This document shows, piece by piece, positions 50,944 to 61,890 of a stretch of 64,000 bases of DNA; position 1 is the stretch's first letter, and every line of letters starts with the position of its first letter. Both the position numbers and the translations under genes were made by a program. The notes under the pieces were generated by a model that saw nothing but the letters and a program-made list of their open reading frames with translations, was not told the DNA's origin and ran no database searches. Source of the stretch: Trichodelitschia bisporula (lineage: Eukaryota); the NCBI GenBank assembly GCA_010356995.1, contig ML996698.1, positions 245,923-309,922 on the forward strand. The letters run 5' to 3'.

Positions 50944-51109
50944 CTGGGTGAGAGATCTGCCGCTTGTACATTAGGCCAATGAACACCCTGCAGTGTACTC
51001 GTAAATGCTGATTGTGCCAGTAGCTTAGCTAAGAGGTTGCGAGTTAGGCCTCTTCTGGTTTATAATGAGCATGTTAGCCCACCTGTTGTCGAACCGAACC
51101 TTCCCCATC

Positions 51110-51299
51110 TGATGTAGACATGGGGAAGGAGCATTGTTATGTCTGGAAGGCACATGATGGGAGGAAGGAGCATAGGAGGGCGCTTGGTGTCATGTATTTA
51201 GTCTCGAGAGTCTCTCGGCTCTCTTCTTTCTTCATCTTTATCCAACTCTTCACTGTAAACTGTAGCCATTGCGTGTGTCAAGCCTATGCTCCATTAGCA
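51110..51299 (-). repeat. Dispersed repeat copy B
   Basis: The reverse complement contains gagactctcgagact (identical to 63962-63976), cctcctatgctccttcct, caatgctcctt and ctacatca. Confidence 0.75.
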
Positions 51300-51743
51300 A
51301 CTCAGATCTTCATTTAGTCAGCCCTCTCCAGCTCCCCCCAATTGTCTCAACACCGCGAGTGACGAAGTTAATTATGAGAACCCTTCCAGATCATATGCCC
51401 CAGAAGAAACTCCCCCCTTCTAGGCAGCCTTTGTCCAGTTCGAAAGGGCAGAGGGCGCCATTCACGAACTTCCACTGTCGGCACAAGACTCTTGTTCAAG
51501 GCCACTATGAGCATCTTGCTTCAAAGACACTTCAGTCGGCATCCATGGCCAATATCCTGCGATCTAGACAACGAGGGAGAAACCAGAGAAGCAATGAACT
51601 GGAATCACAAATGCAACACCACAAGCCAAAGCCGCGACACACACCCGCCCAACGGGAATTACTCTATTCTCCCCCAAAACGCGGGTATTAAGTACAAGAA
51701 CCGCCAATCCAATCCACATTCAAAACGCCCGCAGCCAACTCAT

Positions 51744-54700
51744 TCACACTCCCCACGCGCCCGGCACAATCCCCAGCAACGACCCCGCCTCAGGCGCAGC
51801 CGGCGCCCCGGTAGGGGCTGCAACTCGCCTAACCTTCAACAGCGTCGTCGGCACCGAATGCACCTTACCCAGGGGCACAGCGGTCGATACCGCAGTGGGG
51901 ACCTCATACGAGGGCGCGCTCGGGACCGCGGTCGGCACTTCTTGCGATGGCGCCGAGGCCTTTGGGACGCCAGCACGACGCGCATGCGGCGCAGAGCTGT
52001 TGACAGGAAGCGCCTTGTACGCCTCGCCGACGATAACAGATGGGTCGTGCCGGCGGACCTTGTCCGAAGGAAGCAACGCCGCGACCTCAGCCGGGGGCTC
52101 GGGAGCTTCGGGGAGATCCTGGCGCTTCTCGACAGTAGAGTCATCGTCCTCGTCCTCCTCGACGGTGGAGTCATCGTCCTCGTCCTCGTCATCGTCCTCC
52201 TCGACGGTGGAGTCATCGTCTGGGGACTCGTCCTGGTCCTGGCGTTTCTCGAAGGTGAAGTCCTCGTCTGAGGACTCGTCCTCGACGTCGCGATCCACCA
52301 ACGCGCCCAGGCCGGAGAAGATGGTGCCGAGAATATGATCCGGCTCCTCGACAACCGCATCCGTGTCGAGCTTCGTCGCACCCGTGTTGAGGAGGTCGTC
52401 TGAGGCCTCGTCATCGACATCGCGGTTCACCAACGCTCCTAGGCCGGCAAACACAGTCCCTAGGACGTGGTTCGGTTCCTCGACAACCGCATCCGTGTCG
52501 AGGCTCGACGCGCCCGTGTTGACGAGGTCGTCCGAGTCCGAGTCTTTGCCGCGCCGCTCAAGCGCATCAAACTCAAAACCCTCCGCATCCTCCACCAGGT
52601 CGTCCACGTCACCAACGCTCACGCTCTCGCTATCAACGTCGGGCTCCACGCCCTCCAAAACAGTGACCGTGGCATCGAGGTCCGCATTCGCAACGCTGCT
52701 GTCCGCATCCGACTCCGTCTCGTTCTTCGACGCGAACTCCTCGCCGCGGCGGTCCACGCCCTTAGCCAGCGGCTCAGTGGCTTCGGAAACAGTCCGCCCG
52801 GCGCCGGAAAAGGTGCTCGAGGCGGAACCGATGCTGAAACCGCTGTGCTCGACGTTGCGGTCGACCAGCTTGCCATCCCCGGAGAAAGTGGTGCCGGCGA
52901 TGTTGTTCGGCTGCTCGATCGCTTTGTCGGTGTTGACGTTGCTGCCGTCAGTTTTGGCGAGGCCGGATTTGGAGTCCGAGGAGCTGTTGTCGCGGCGGTC
53001 GAGGGAGGGGATTTCGGGAGCATCGGCAGTGGGGAGGTCATCGGCGGTTGGGATGCCAGTTGCGGAGTCGGGGGAGGCAGCGTCGTCGGCCGAAGGAAGG
53101 TCGTCAGCAGAGGGCAAGTCATCGGCGGAAGGCGCATCGTCAGCGGAGGGCAAGTCATCAGCAGAGAGCGCATCGACATCATCCAACTCCTGGCGGCGGT
53201 TGAGCCCAGGCACCTTGTCGTTCACCTTATTCTCCACGCCTTGTGTCTTGTCATCGTCCGTCTTGTCGCTGATCTTGTTCTCGAGATGGCTGACCGTGCT
53301 GGTGACACCGTCGCGGCGGACAAAGGCATGCGGCTTCACCGGAAGCCCGCTGATCGGGTTGCGCTCCTCCTCAGGCGCCGCACCGTACTGCTGCGCGGAG
53401 CGACGCTTGGAATCGCTGCCCTTAACCAGCGCGCCCTGCGGGTTTTGGCTCGGCTCCGTGTTCGCACCCGTAAGGTCGAGGTAGTCGTTCGTGTTCCCCG
53501 CGGCATTGCCCTCGGTCGGAATGTACAGCTTCTTGCACGCATCCTTGTGGTCGGACGGAATCTTGACGTCGATCTTCTCGGGCGCTTCGATGAATGTCGC
53601 GGTAAGGCCCTCGATTACGTGCCACTCGATATGGCAGTGGATGAGCTGGATACCGGGGTTGTTGGCGCGGAAGCGGAACACGACCCAGCCGCCTGCACGA
53701 ACACCGGCCACGTCGCGCTTCATCGGGACCTGGGGAATGTTGGTGCCGTCGTAGCGCGCGCCGGAGCTGAGGACCGCGGCGTCGGAGCGCGAGACCACCT
53801 GGAAGTGGTGGCCGTGGAGATGCCATGGGTGGCCGGAGGTGTCGAAGTTGTTGAGCACGACTTCGACGACGTCGTTGTACTTGAGGACGAAGGGGTTGCT
53901 GTTTACGCCGTAGACCTTGGGGTTGGAGGAGAGGTTGCCGGCGGAGAGGGCGGTGTACAGGGTCGGGACCTTTTGGTCGATGTACGTGATGTTGTTGATG
54001 ACAGCGCGAGGCAGGCCGTTGATCTTGCTGAAGCCGAAATCCATGACGATTTGCGTGTCGACCTTTTCGAGGATCTTCTCGCCGTCGAAGGGCTTGATCG
54101 TGAAGTCGTCGATGGGCGGCATGATGCTGCCGACCAGAGTGGGTGGGTCGCGCGCTTCAGTGGTCTCGTTCTTCGCGTACAGGAGCGCACCGTGGGCGAC
54201 GGGTGGGCCCTTGTAGGCATCGGGGTTCGCGAACATGGACGTGTCGACCATAGCCGCGATGTCGAAGTTCTGGGCAGTCGAGTTCTGCGCCGTGATAAGG
54301 ACGTCATAGCGCTGAGCAGCACCGACATAAAGCGTTTTCGCGACGGTCTTCTCAGTGTACTCGCCATCCAAAGAAATGATGGTCATGTCATGGCCCGCGA
54401 AGTTGACGAAGAAAGAAGGGAAAGCACCGACGTTGAGAATGCGGAAAAGATACGTCTTGCCGGGCTTCATGGTGTAGTTCGTGCTTTTGCCGTCGTTCAT
54501 CAGGATGCTGTCGGGGATGGGGATGTCGCCGTTGGTGTTGGATGTGGATTGCAATTCCTTGATGAGTTGAGGCATTTGCTTGTGGTACCAGTCTGAGAGC
54601 ACGAGGTTGTACTCTTCGTCCCAGTCATACGGCGGCTTCGTGTCCTTGACAATGAGCGGCGCGCGGAGACCATCGGGGTACTGAGCATTATGCGAATCTG

Positions 54701-55097
54701 TTCATCAGCCCTGTCCCACACCCCCAAACAAGCTCAACTCACGATACCAGTACGTCCCCGCCTTACTCGCTGTAAACGAATACGTAAAAACATTCCCCGG
54801 CGGAATCGGGCACTGAGTAACCGCAACGGGACCATCCATCTCCGCAGTCCCGTTCTGCCACAGACCGTGCCAGTGCAGACTCGTCGTCTCGTTGCCGAGC
54901 TTGTTGGTCACCTGCACGTTGACTTTCTCGCCGACCGTCGCCTCGAGCACGGGCGGCGGCCACTTGCCGTTGATGCCAATGACGGGCCGGGTGAAGCCGT
55001 CTGGTGCCGCGGAGGTCCATGTTGTGTCCCAGAGGTAGGTTTTTGCGGCGGCGGAGTGGAGAAGGCCCAGACCCAGGAAGAGGGCTGGTTTTATCAT
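51744..55097 (-). CDS. Secreted multicopper oxidase (Fet3/Abr1-like) with a long acidic C-terminal extension rich in dibasic sites; one intron at about 54678-54741
   Basis: Signal peptide [18 protein letters not shown]; all four Cu-binding motifs present: [17 protein letters not shown] and HCHIEWH. Confidence 0.93.
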
Positions 55098-56982
55098 TAT
55101 GGATTAAGTAGAAAGAATAGGAAGAATGAGTGACTGGAATGAATGACTGAGAAGGATGGAAGAGGGGGGAGAAGGAGGGACAGACAAAAACGAGTGTGGG
55201 TGGGTTGATTGGGGACATATCTTGGGGGAGGCTGCTGGGAGGGTATTTGTATGTCCCCTCTGCTTCGCGGAGCTAATACCGATCTACGGAGGGAGTGGGT
55301 GGCGGGCGTGAGGGTGGAGCGCACGGCGACGGTGCCTGCGTTGGAGTGAGGCCCTTGACGTTGAGGGGACTGGGCATCGTGGCACCCAGCGTTACCAAGA
55401 TCAAGCCACCGGCGATATATGCCTTTGTGTGAGGGGGAGAATGCACCTGTATGGGGACAGGGCATTTCTGAAGGCCTTGGCTGCTTCTCACGGGCGATGG
55501 TGGTGGTGGTGGGAGTGAGACATGATAGAACCTGTGGTCGCGGTCGAACCAATTGGAGGCGTGGGTGGTGGGCGTAAGCAAATGATGGCGCAGATGAAGA
55601 TGGGGAGGTGGAGAGATGGGTTTGGTGATTTGATATCAAAACATATCGTCAGCTTAACGCGTAGACTCGATCTGTTTCCCTTCATCAGCAAGATGGAACG
55701 AATGCCATTCTTTACTCAACATCAATCCCAAAGACAACGCATCCCAAATCCGCACCAGCAGCTCCATTGCCCTCCAAAAATCCATAGTCCACCAAATCCA
55801 AAGTGAAGCAAAGCAATTCCCTAAGACACGATCAGTGCCGATCAGCAGGGAGTGCGATGTCGATCACCGGGGACACTACCGGGCCGCATTAGAGAAGCCT
55901 TGGAGCTAGCGCCACCGCTCCACCCGCATCCATCGTGGCGCCCACCCCCCAAGCCAATTAGCTCCATCGACGCCGAGCCTCCGCTGTCCAGATGCAGAAA
56001 TCCACTGTAAGACCGTTGATCACGACTTGTTTTCTCCTGTGGGATGAGACATACGACGGTATGGATCTGGGTGGAGTATTTGGCAAAGAAAACGAGGAGA
56101 AAAGAGAAAAGAATTTGCAGAATAATGGAAAAGACGGCATCAATTCCCCACCTGCGTCAAGAAGTTCGACAGCATCAACAAATCCAGGTTCGGCGCCTTC
56201 GGCATCGCCCGCCAACCGTCAGGAATCGGCTAGGACCCTTCAAATCCTGCCGAGAGCCGAGAGCCCGCCGAGATTTGGAAACGGCGTGTGGCTTTCGATG
56301 TGGAGCCGTGACCGCTGACAGTTGGCGGCTGAGGCGGCAGGCGGGCTGAGTCTCCGGGTGCGGGTTGCAGAATTGCAATTGCAATAGATACGGGAGGAAG
56401 ATCGGTGTTCAGGCCGCCGATATCCGCTTCGTATGGCTGTGTTGCGGATAGGACATGCTGATGCCGGAGGTCTTCGTCGACAGAGTCAGGGGAGATTTGG
56501 AGCATGCGGGTGGACATCGTGGGGACGATCGTGTATGCTTTTGGCCGTTGCTCCTTTTGCGTGTCTTACTGCTTGGTGTTCGTGATGCGATGGCTGTTGA
56601 CGTCATTTTCTGAGATGGAGGGGATGCTGAACGTGTAGGTCGTGATGGCGGATTGGTAAAATCTACGCAAGGCACGGCGCATGCGCTGACGGAGATATCT
56701 CGAGTGAGCATCCTCTACCAAGGTTGTGGCGATACTCAGAGAGGAGAATTTGGTGAGCAGTCATTCTATAAAAGCCCCGTCTTGTCTGCCGACGGAGAGA
56801 TCTAAACCTGATGTCTCTCCCCTTCCTAACGACGTGATGATACTCCGGGAGGAATTCTTGAACTACCGTTCCCACCGCCAAAAAGACCGATCTCAACTCT
56901 GATTCCATGAAACGTAACCTATCGCTGACATACCCATTAATCCTCCCACGCATCTCGCCATTAAACTCCAAATGCACCATCC

Positions 56983-57952
56983 TCAAAGAATCCCAGGCAC
57001 AACTGACCCCCTCCCCCCAACCTTCTCCCCCCCAAACCTCTCCACATACCACTCCTTCCCTTGAACAGCCCTCGGCAACATACTAAAAACCTCATTAAGC
57101 ACAAACGCTCTCGCCGGTCCACATCCCCACCCCGCCATAACCCAGTACCCCGTCCACTCGACCCACTCACACACATAATGCGGATACAGTATCCATTTGA
57201 ACAGCCCGTCTTCAGGGAGCAAGTACACCTTCTCCACACCCCTCTTCCCCCGCTCCTCCGCCTTCTCCTGCTTGCGCGCCGCCTCCCTCCTCAACCTCCT
57301 CAACACTTCATCATGGTACACATTCCCTACCAACCCGCACAGCCAAATCGCAGCTCCCACATACACCTGCGTCCCACGGCCCGCCCAGTAAGCACCCGTC
57401 GTGGGCCCGTACCCAGCGAGCCACCCGCCCAGCGCGGTCGCGTTAGAAAATTGGAAGCTCAGCGCGGCGATCCAGACTAAGGGGTGAATGGGGCTCATAC
57501 TCGGGTTGAGGTAGAGCGGGGAGAGCAGCGCGCGGTTGAGGTAATGAAGTGTCTGGGATGGGGGTTAGCTACGGGGATTTGGGAAGGGGGGGAGGTTTGG
57601 TATGGGAAGGTGAGACCTACGAACATGCCCGCCATGACCCAATTCTCTTTCGGGAGGCTGGTAATTCCGAGAGAAGGCGGTAGGGTGTACATGTTATACA
57701 GCAGGAGGCAGAAGCCAGGCGTTTCCATAGTCGCCCACGCCCATTTCCCAGGTATGTTGAGCCGACTAACAACGCTTGTTTTGCCCATCGGGTACCAGGT
57801 CGTCAACCATTGCACCGTCGTGAACTACGATAAATGAGATCAGAACAGAAACGTTGAGTTGGGGGCCTGACCAGTGGGAAAAAATCCCAGACGCGGCAGA
57901 GGAGGTCCCAATTCGAGCGCGAGGGGGGGATCCACCCTTGGATTAGAGGCAT
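56983..57952 (-). CDS. 3-oxo-5-alpha-steroid 4-dehydrogenase (steroid 5-alpha-reductase) family protein, 2 introns
   Basis: WYPMGKTS, NIPGKWAWATMETPG, GNVYHDEVLRRLR, GLFKWILYPHYVCEWVEWTG, PRAVQGKEWY. Confidence 0.9.
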
Positions 57953-58392
57953 TATCGTGACGATGGTGGGGAGCTTGAATATGTAGGTTTGAATCTTGGA
58001 GGCGGATGTAAAAGTTGAGAGGTGAGGTGGTGGGCGTGACTGCGATCGGAAGCTAGGGGAGCTTTGCGGCGACCGTAAGGTTAAAAGTGTCGTGGGCCAA
58101 GACTGGGGGGCTGGGCCGAAAGGCTGACTACCGTACTGGGGTGCTATTTTGAGGTGTCCGCACGTTGGATGTGCTAATGGGAAGGCTATAATAGCGTCGA
58201 TGGACTTTAGATCGAACTAAAGGGTTTAAGTACGCAAACGGAACGTCCATGGTTCAATAGACAAGATGAAGTAGTCAACTCAGAGCTGTCAAGATCGCAT
58301 AGATGCGTTTTGCTGATTCGGTTGAAAATATCAACCCAGGACAACAACCACACCAGCAATTCAACTCGACTTGACGGAGAAATTCGACGGAG

Positions 58393-58639
58393 TGTCATGG
58401 GAGCGGGGCTCATCAATTGCAAAGGCGAACGTGAAATCTGAAGATTGAAGGAAAAGACGAGAAGAGGAAGAGAGGAAGAGAGGAAGAGAAGAAAAGATCC
58501 TCAAGAATAAATACAAGATGAAGCCATGTATCCTCCTATACTCCTTCCTTCTATCATGCGCACATTACATCATGCTTCTCCCTCGGATAAGAACGCTCCT
58601 TCCTGACATATCAATGCTCCTTGCCTCATGCCTACATCA
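58393..58639 (+). repeat. Dispersed repeat copy C
   Basis: Colinear similarity to copies A, B and D; starts with TG, ends with CATCA, and has an internal aataaata. Confidence 0.75.
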
Positions 58640-59007
58640 GAGCGTACGCTGAGCATCCAGAGTTGAGTAGACGATACGAAGACCGTCAATTTATAGTCCT
58701 CCACCATGCGCAAATGAATCTCGCGTATTCGGTTCACAATATCATTCTGGCACAACGACCCCTTCAACTGGACTTGATATAAAAGTTCGATTCATAGCCC
58801 TCCCGGCTCAAGTTCATAAATACCACCCTCCCATGCTTTCAACCCATCAATGCGGCGTTTAGCCCACATGCAGACTGCATATGCTTGCAAACGCAAGAGG
58901 ACACCAGAACGCCCGAAATCTCCCCAGCAAACACCACCCACCGGCCGCACATGCAAAAACGACGTCACATGTACAACAAGCACCCAAACTTCACCCCCTC
59001 AAACTCC

Positions 59008-61890
59008 TCAGGACATTGCCTCCTCCTCCCCCAACCCCTCCACCTCCCTCGCAACCTCCTCATACCACCCCCCATGCGCCCTCCTATCAACCTCACTAAC
59101 CCTCCCCAACCCCTCCACCACCTCCCCGACCAAAGCAATAAACTCCGCAAGCCCACTCCCCGCCAGCCCCTCACTAGCAACACTCGCCTGCCTCACCCTC
59201 TCCCCAGAACTACTCGCCCCGAGCCGGCCAAACACATGCGCGCGCAGCCGCTGGAACAAGACTTTCATAACCGGGTCCGTAAGCCGACCCGTCTCGGCCT
59301 GCGGCAAAAGGCGCGAAATCGTGCCCTGGAGCTGAGCACGCGTGGCGGCGGGCATAGCGTGCGCACTCTCCAGCGCCGTCATAAGCCGCGCCGCGACACC
59401 GCTCTCGCTGACGTCTTCGGAGCTGTACCTCGCGGCTTTGATAACGTCGCACATGCGCGCCGCCTGCGCCTTCCACTGCACGCGCACATCGCGCTTAAGC
59501 AAGTTCTTCGCCGTGAGCAGCACCGCGCCCACAAAAACCACGCGCACCGTATCCGCCCTAAAACGCGCTATCCGCGCCGCGTCCATCTCGAGCGTCTCTG
59601 GCAGATCATCGAGTTTAAGCGGGGTTGTGGCGATGGCCAGATCGACGAGCCCCCTTGCGTAGATCTTCTGATTTGTGGGCATGTTGCGCGGGTCGCGCCG
59701 GTCTGCTTCGGTGACGACGTTGACGGCGGCGTTTTTCCACCAGCGGCGCGTTTTGGACAGGGAGATTTTACCAGCCGCGAGATCGCGCGCGAAGGCGCGT
59801 TGTTCGTAGCCGGCTGCTTCTTTGATGAGGCGCGGGGCGACAGAGGCGAGGAGGAAATTGGAGTAGTCGAGGCTGAGGAGGTCGATCATGTGGAGCAGCT
59901 TGAACAGTTTCTCGATCATTTCCTCCAGATTGCCGTACGTCTGCAGATCCGTCGCTAGGGCCTGGACCTCCGCGTCACGGAACGGGGCGCATAGCTTTGG
60001 TAGAATGGATGCCATGAACGAGAAGAAGTTCTGGTATGAGAAGACGCCCTGCTCGCATTGTCGCTGGACGTGCTCAGGGTCAAGCACCTCGGAAATCAGC
60101 GTCTTGAGCGAGTTATCCGGCTTCGAGCTCCCGAGAAGATGAAGCAGCTTGCTACGGATGTTCTGCGCCATAGCCATGGTCCACGCGTCGCCCTCGCCCT
60201 GCTCATACCCGCGCCGCATGCTATCACAGACTTGGCGATTGAGCGCGTCGCGCAGATCGGAGTGCGGGCCCACGTCGATGCGGTACTCCTTGTCGATAGC
60301 CAGCTCATGCGTGAGGACGCGGTTGTCCGGGATGACAGAAAAGAGCCTTGTCAAGGCGTTAGCCTGCGAGCCGTCTGGCGACACCGGCTGGGCGAGATGG
60401 GACGTCGTCTCCGCCGTGACCGTGACAGCATCACTGCCGTCGCTAGCCTCAGGGTGGATGACGTGGGAGTCAGCAACGCGCGGCCGCACATCCCCGACGG
60501 GCTTCCTGCGCAAGCGCGCACGGCGGCTCTCGCGAATGGCTTTCTTGATGAGCATATTCGCGCGGTCGTGCCCGGCGAGCTTGCGGATCTTGGAATAGAT
60601 GGCAAGTTGGTTTTCGCGGATTCCGTTGCGGTAGTCGTCGGCCACGCCGCCGTCAGTGTCGTCTTTGACAGTCTGCCAGATGGCGTCGAGGTTCACGAAG
60701 CTAGCTACCATGATATCAATAAGCGCAGATGCGTCCTGAGACTTCCAGTCCCCAAAGGCGGTCAAGAACGTGGCGTGGGCAAGGTGCAGGTTCTCAATCT
60801 GAGTTGCGCCCGGGCGAAATCGGTTGAAGGTTGTGCTCTTTGATACAGTGGCCTCGAAGCAAATCACCAGGTCCTTGGCCTTGGTGATGAGATCCTGCTC
60901 CTGCTCACCATCCTTGGTGAAGACAGCCGCTGGATGGCCCAGAATGAGATATGCGGTAAGGAAGTTCTTGGTCGAGGTGCTGATATCCGTCGCCTTCTGG
61001 TCATTCTCATGTAGCTCGTACAGCCCGAGAACCTTGGCCGTGATTCCCAAGACCTTCTCGTTGAGCAGCAGTCCGGAAATGTCCTCAAACGTCGTGTCGT
61101 GCACTTTGTCAATGGTGAGTCCCAATTTGGCGAACTCGTCCAACACAGCCTTCCTATGGCCAGTACGCCATGCACGTTGGATACACGTCGCTGCGACCTC
61201 GGAGTCCATCTTCGGAGGTGCCTTGATAACAGGCTTCTTGCCTTCGTTGGTCGCCGGATAACTGGCGGTGCGCGGACGGCGCGTGTTGCGCTTATATTCC
61301 AGGCGACGGCGCTCCGCATCCGCCAGCTTCTCCTCCATCTCGAGTCTGTACCGCTCCTCCTCAGCGGCCCGCCGCTCCTTCATCTCCTCAGCCACCTTCT
61401 TCGCGCGCCGCACCTCCTCGGCGCACGAAGCAGCCACCTGGGCGAGGTGCTTCTCCCGCGCCTGCTGCGCAGCGAGCGCGCGCTCCTCGCTATTGGACCC
61501 ACGGGGCATGGACTTAGCGAGCGCAGCGCGGATACGCACCTGTTCGGCGTGGGCTTCGCGGGCAGCGAGGCGGGCCTTGCGGCTCTCGAGGATGGATGCG
61601 CGGCGCAGGTACTGGGCGACATGGTTGGAGCGGCAAGCGGCACGGTAGGAGCTGTTGGACAGCTGGGAGTGGACGGAGGACATGGAGTTGCGACGCGAAG
61701 AGGCGGCGGAGGAGAGACTCTTGCGGCGGTGGTTGGGTGGCCGGTAGAAGCGCGCGGCGATGCGGGCGGGGGGTGCGAAGGCGTGGCCGGCGCTGTCGGA
61801 GACGGTCAAGTCTTCGCATTCTTCGGGGATGTCATCGTTAGGAGGGAGGGAGGGGAGTTGGACCTGTTGAGGAGGTTGTTCGGAAGCCAT
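59008..61890 (-). CDS. TCP11/Sok1-family protein with an IQ-like motif
   Basis: 960-aa intronless ORF; coiled coil, IQRAWR, NFLTAYLILGHP, NRVLTHELAID, LCAPFRD, LPETLEMD. Confidence 0.88.
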   Translation of the reverse strand: MASEQPPQQVQLPSLPPNDDIPEECEDLTVSDSAGHAFAPPARIAARFYRPPNHRRKSLSSAASSRRNSMSSVHSQLSNSSYRAACRSNHVAQYLRRASILESRKARLAAREAHAEQVRIRAALAKSMPRGSNSEERALAAQQAREKHLAQVAASCAEEVRRAKKVAEEMKERRAAEEERYRLEMEEKLADAERRRLEYKRNTRRPRTASYPATNEGKKPVIKAPPKMDSEVAATCIQRAWRTGHRKAVLDEFAKLGLTIDKVHDTTFEDISGLLLNEKVLGITAKVLGLYELHENDQKATDISTSTKNFLTAYLILGHPAAVFTKDGEQEQDLITKAKDLVICFEATVSKSTTFNRFRPGATQIENLHLAHATFLTAFGDWKSQDASALIDIMVASFVNLDAIWQTVKDDTDGGVADDYRNGIRENQLAIYSKIRKLAGHDRANMLIKKAIRESRRARLRRKPVGDVRPRVADSHVIHPEASDGSDAVTVTAETTSHLAQPVSPDGSQANALTRLFSVIPDNRVLTHELAIDKEYRIDVGPHSDLRDALNRQVCDSMRRGYEQGEGDAWTMAMAQNIRSKLLHLLGSSKPDNSLKTLISEVLDPEHVQRQCEQGVFSYQNFFSFMASILPKLCAPFRDAEVQALATDLQTYGNLEEMIEKLFKLLHMIDLLSLDYSNFLLASVAPRLIKEAAGYEQRAFARDLAAGKISLSKTRRWWKNAAVNVVTEADRRDPRNMPTNQKIYARGLVDLAIATTPLKLDDLPETLEMDAARIARFRADTVRVVFVGAVLLTAKNLLKRDVRVQWKAQAARMCDVIKAARYSSEDVSESGVAARLMTALESAHAMPAATRAQLQGTISRLLPQAETGRLTDPVMKVLFQRLRAHVFGRLGASSSGERVRQASVASEGLAGSGLAEFIALVGEVVEGLGRVSEVDRRAHGGWYEEVAREVEGLGEEEAMS

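Noticed and set aside
52363..54596. Long + strand ORFs (709 aa and 373 aa)
   Set aside because: Antisense shadows of the codon-biased oxidase gene; the same applies to long antisense ORFs over TRAPPC13, MHYT, MVD1 and TCP11.
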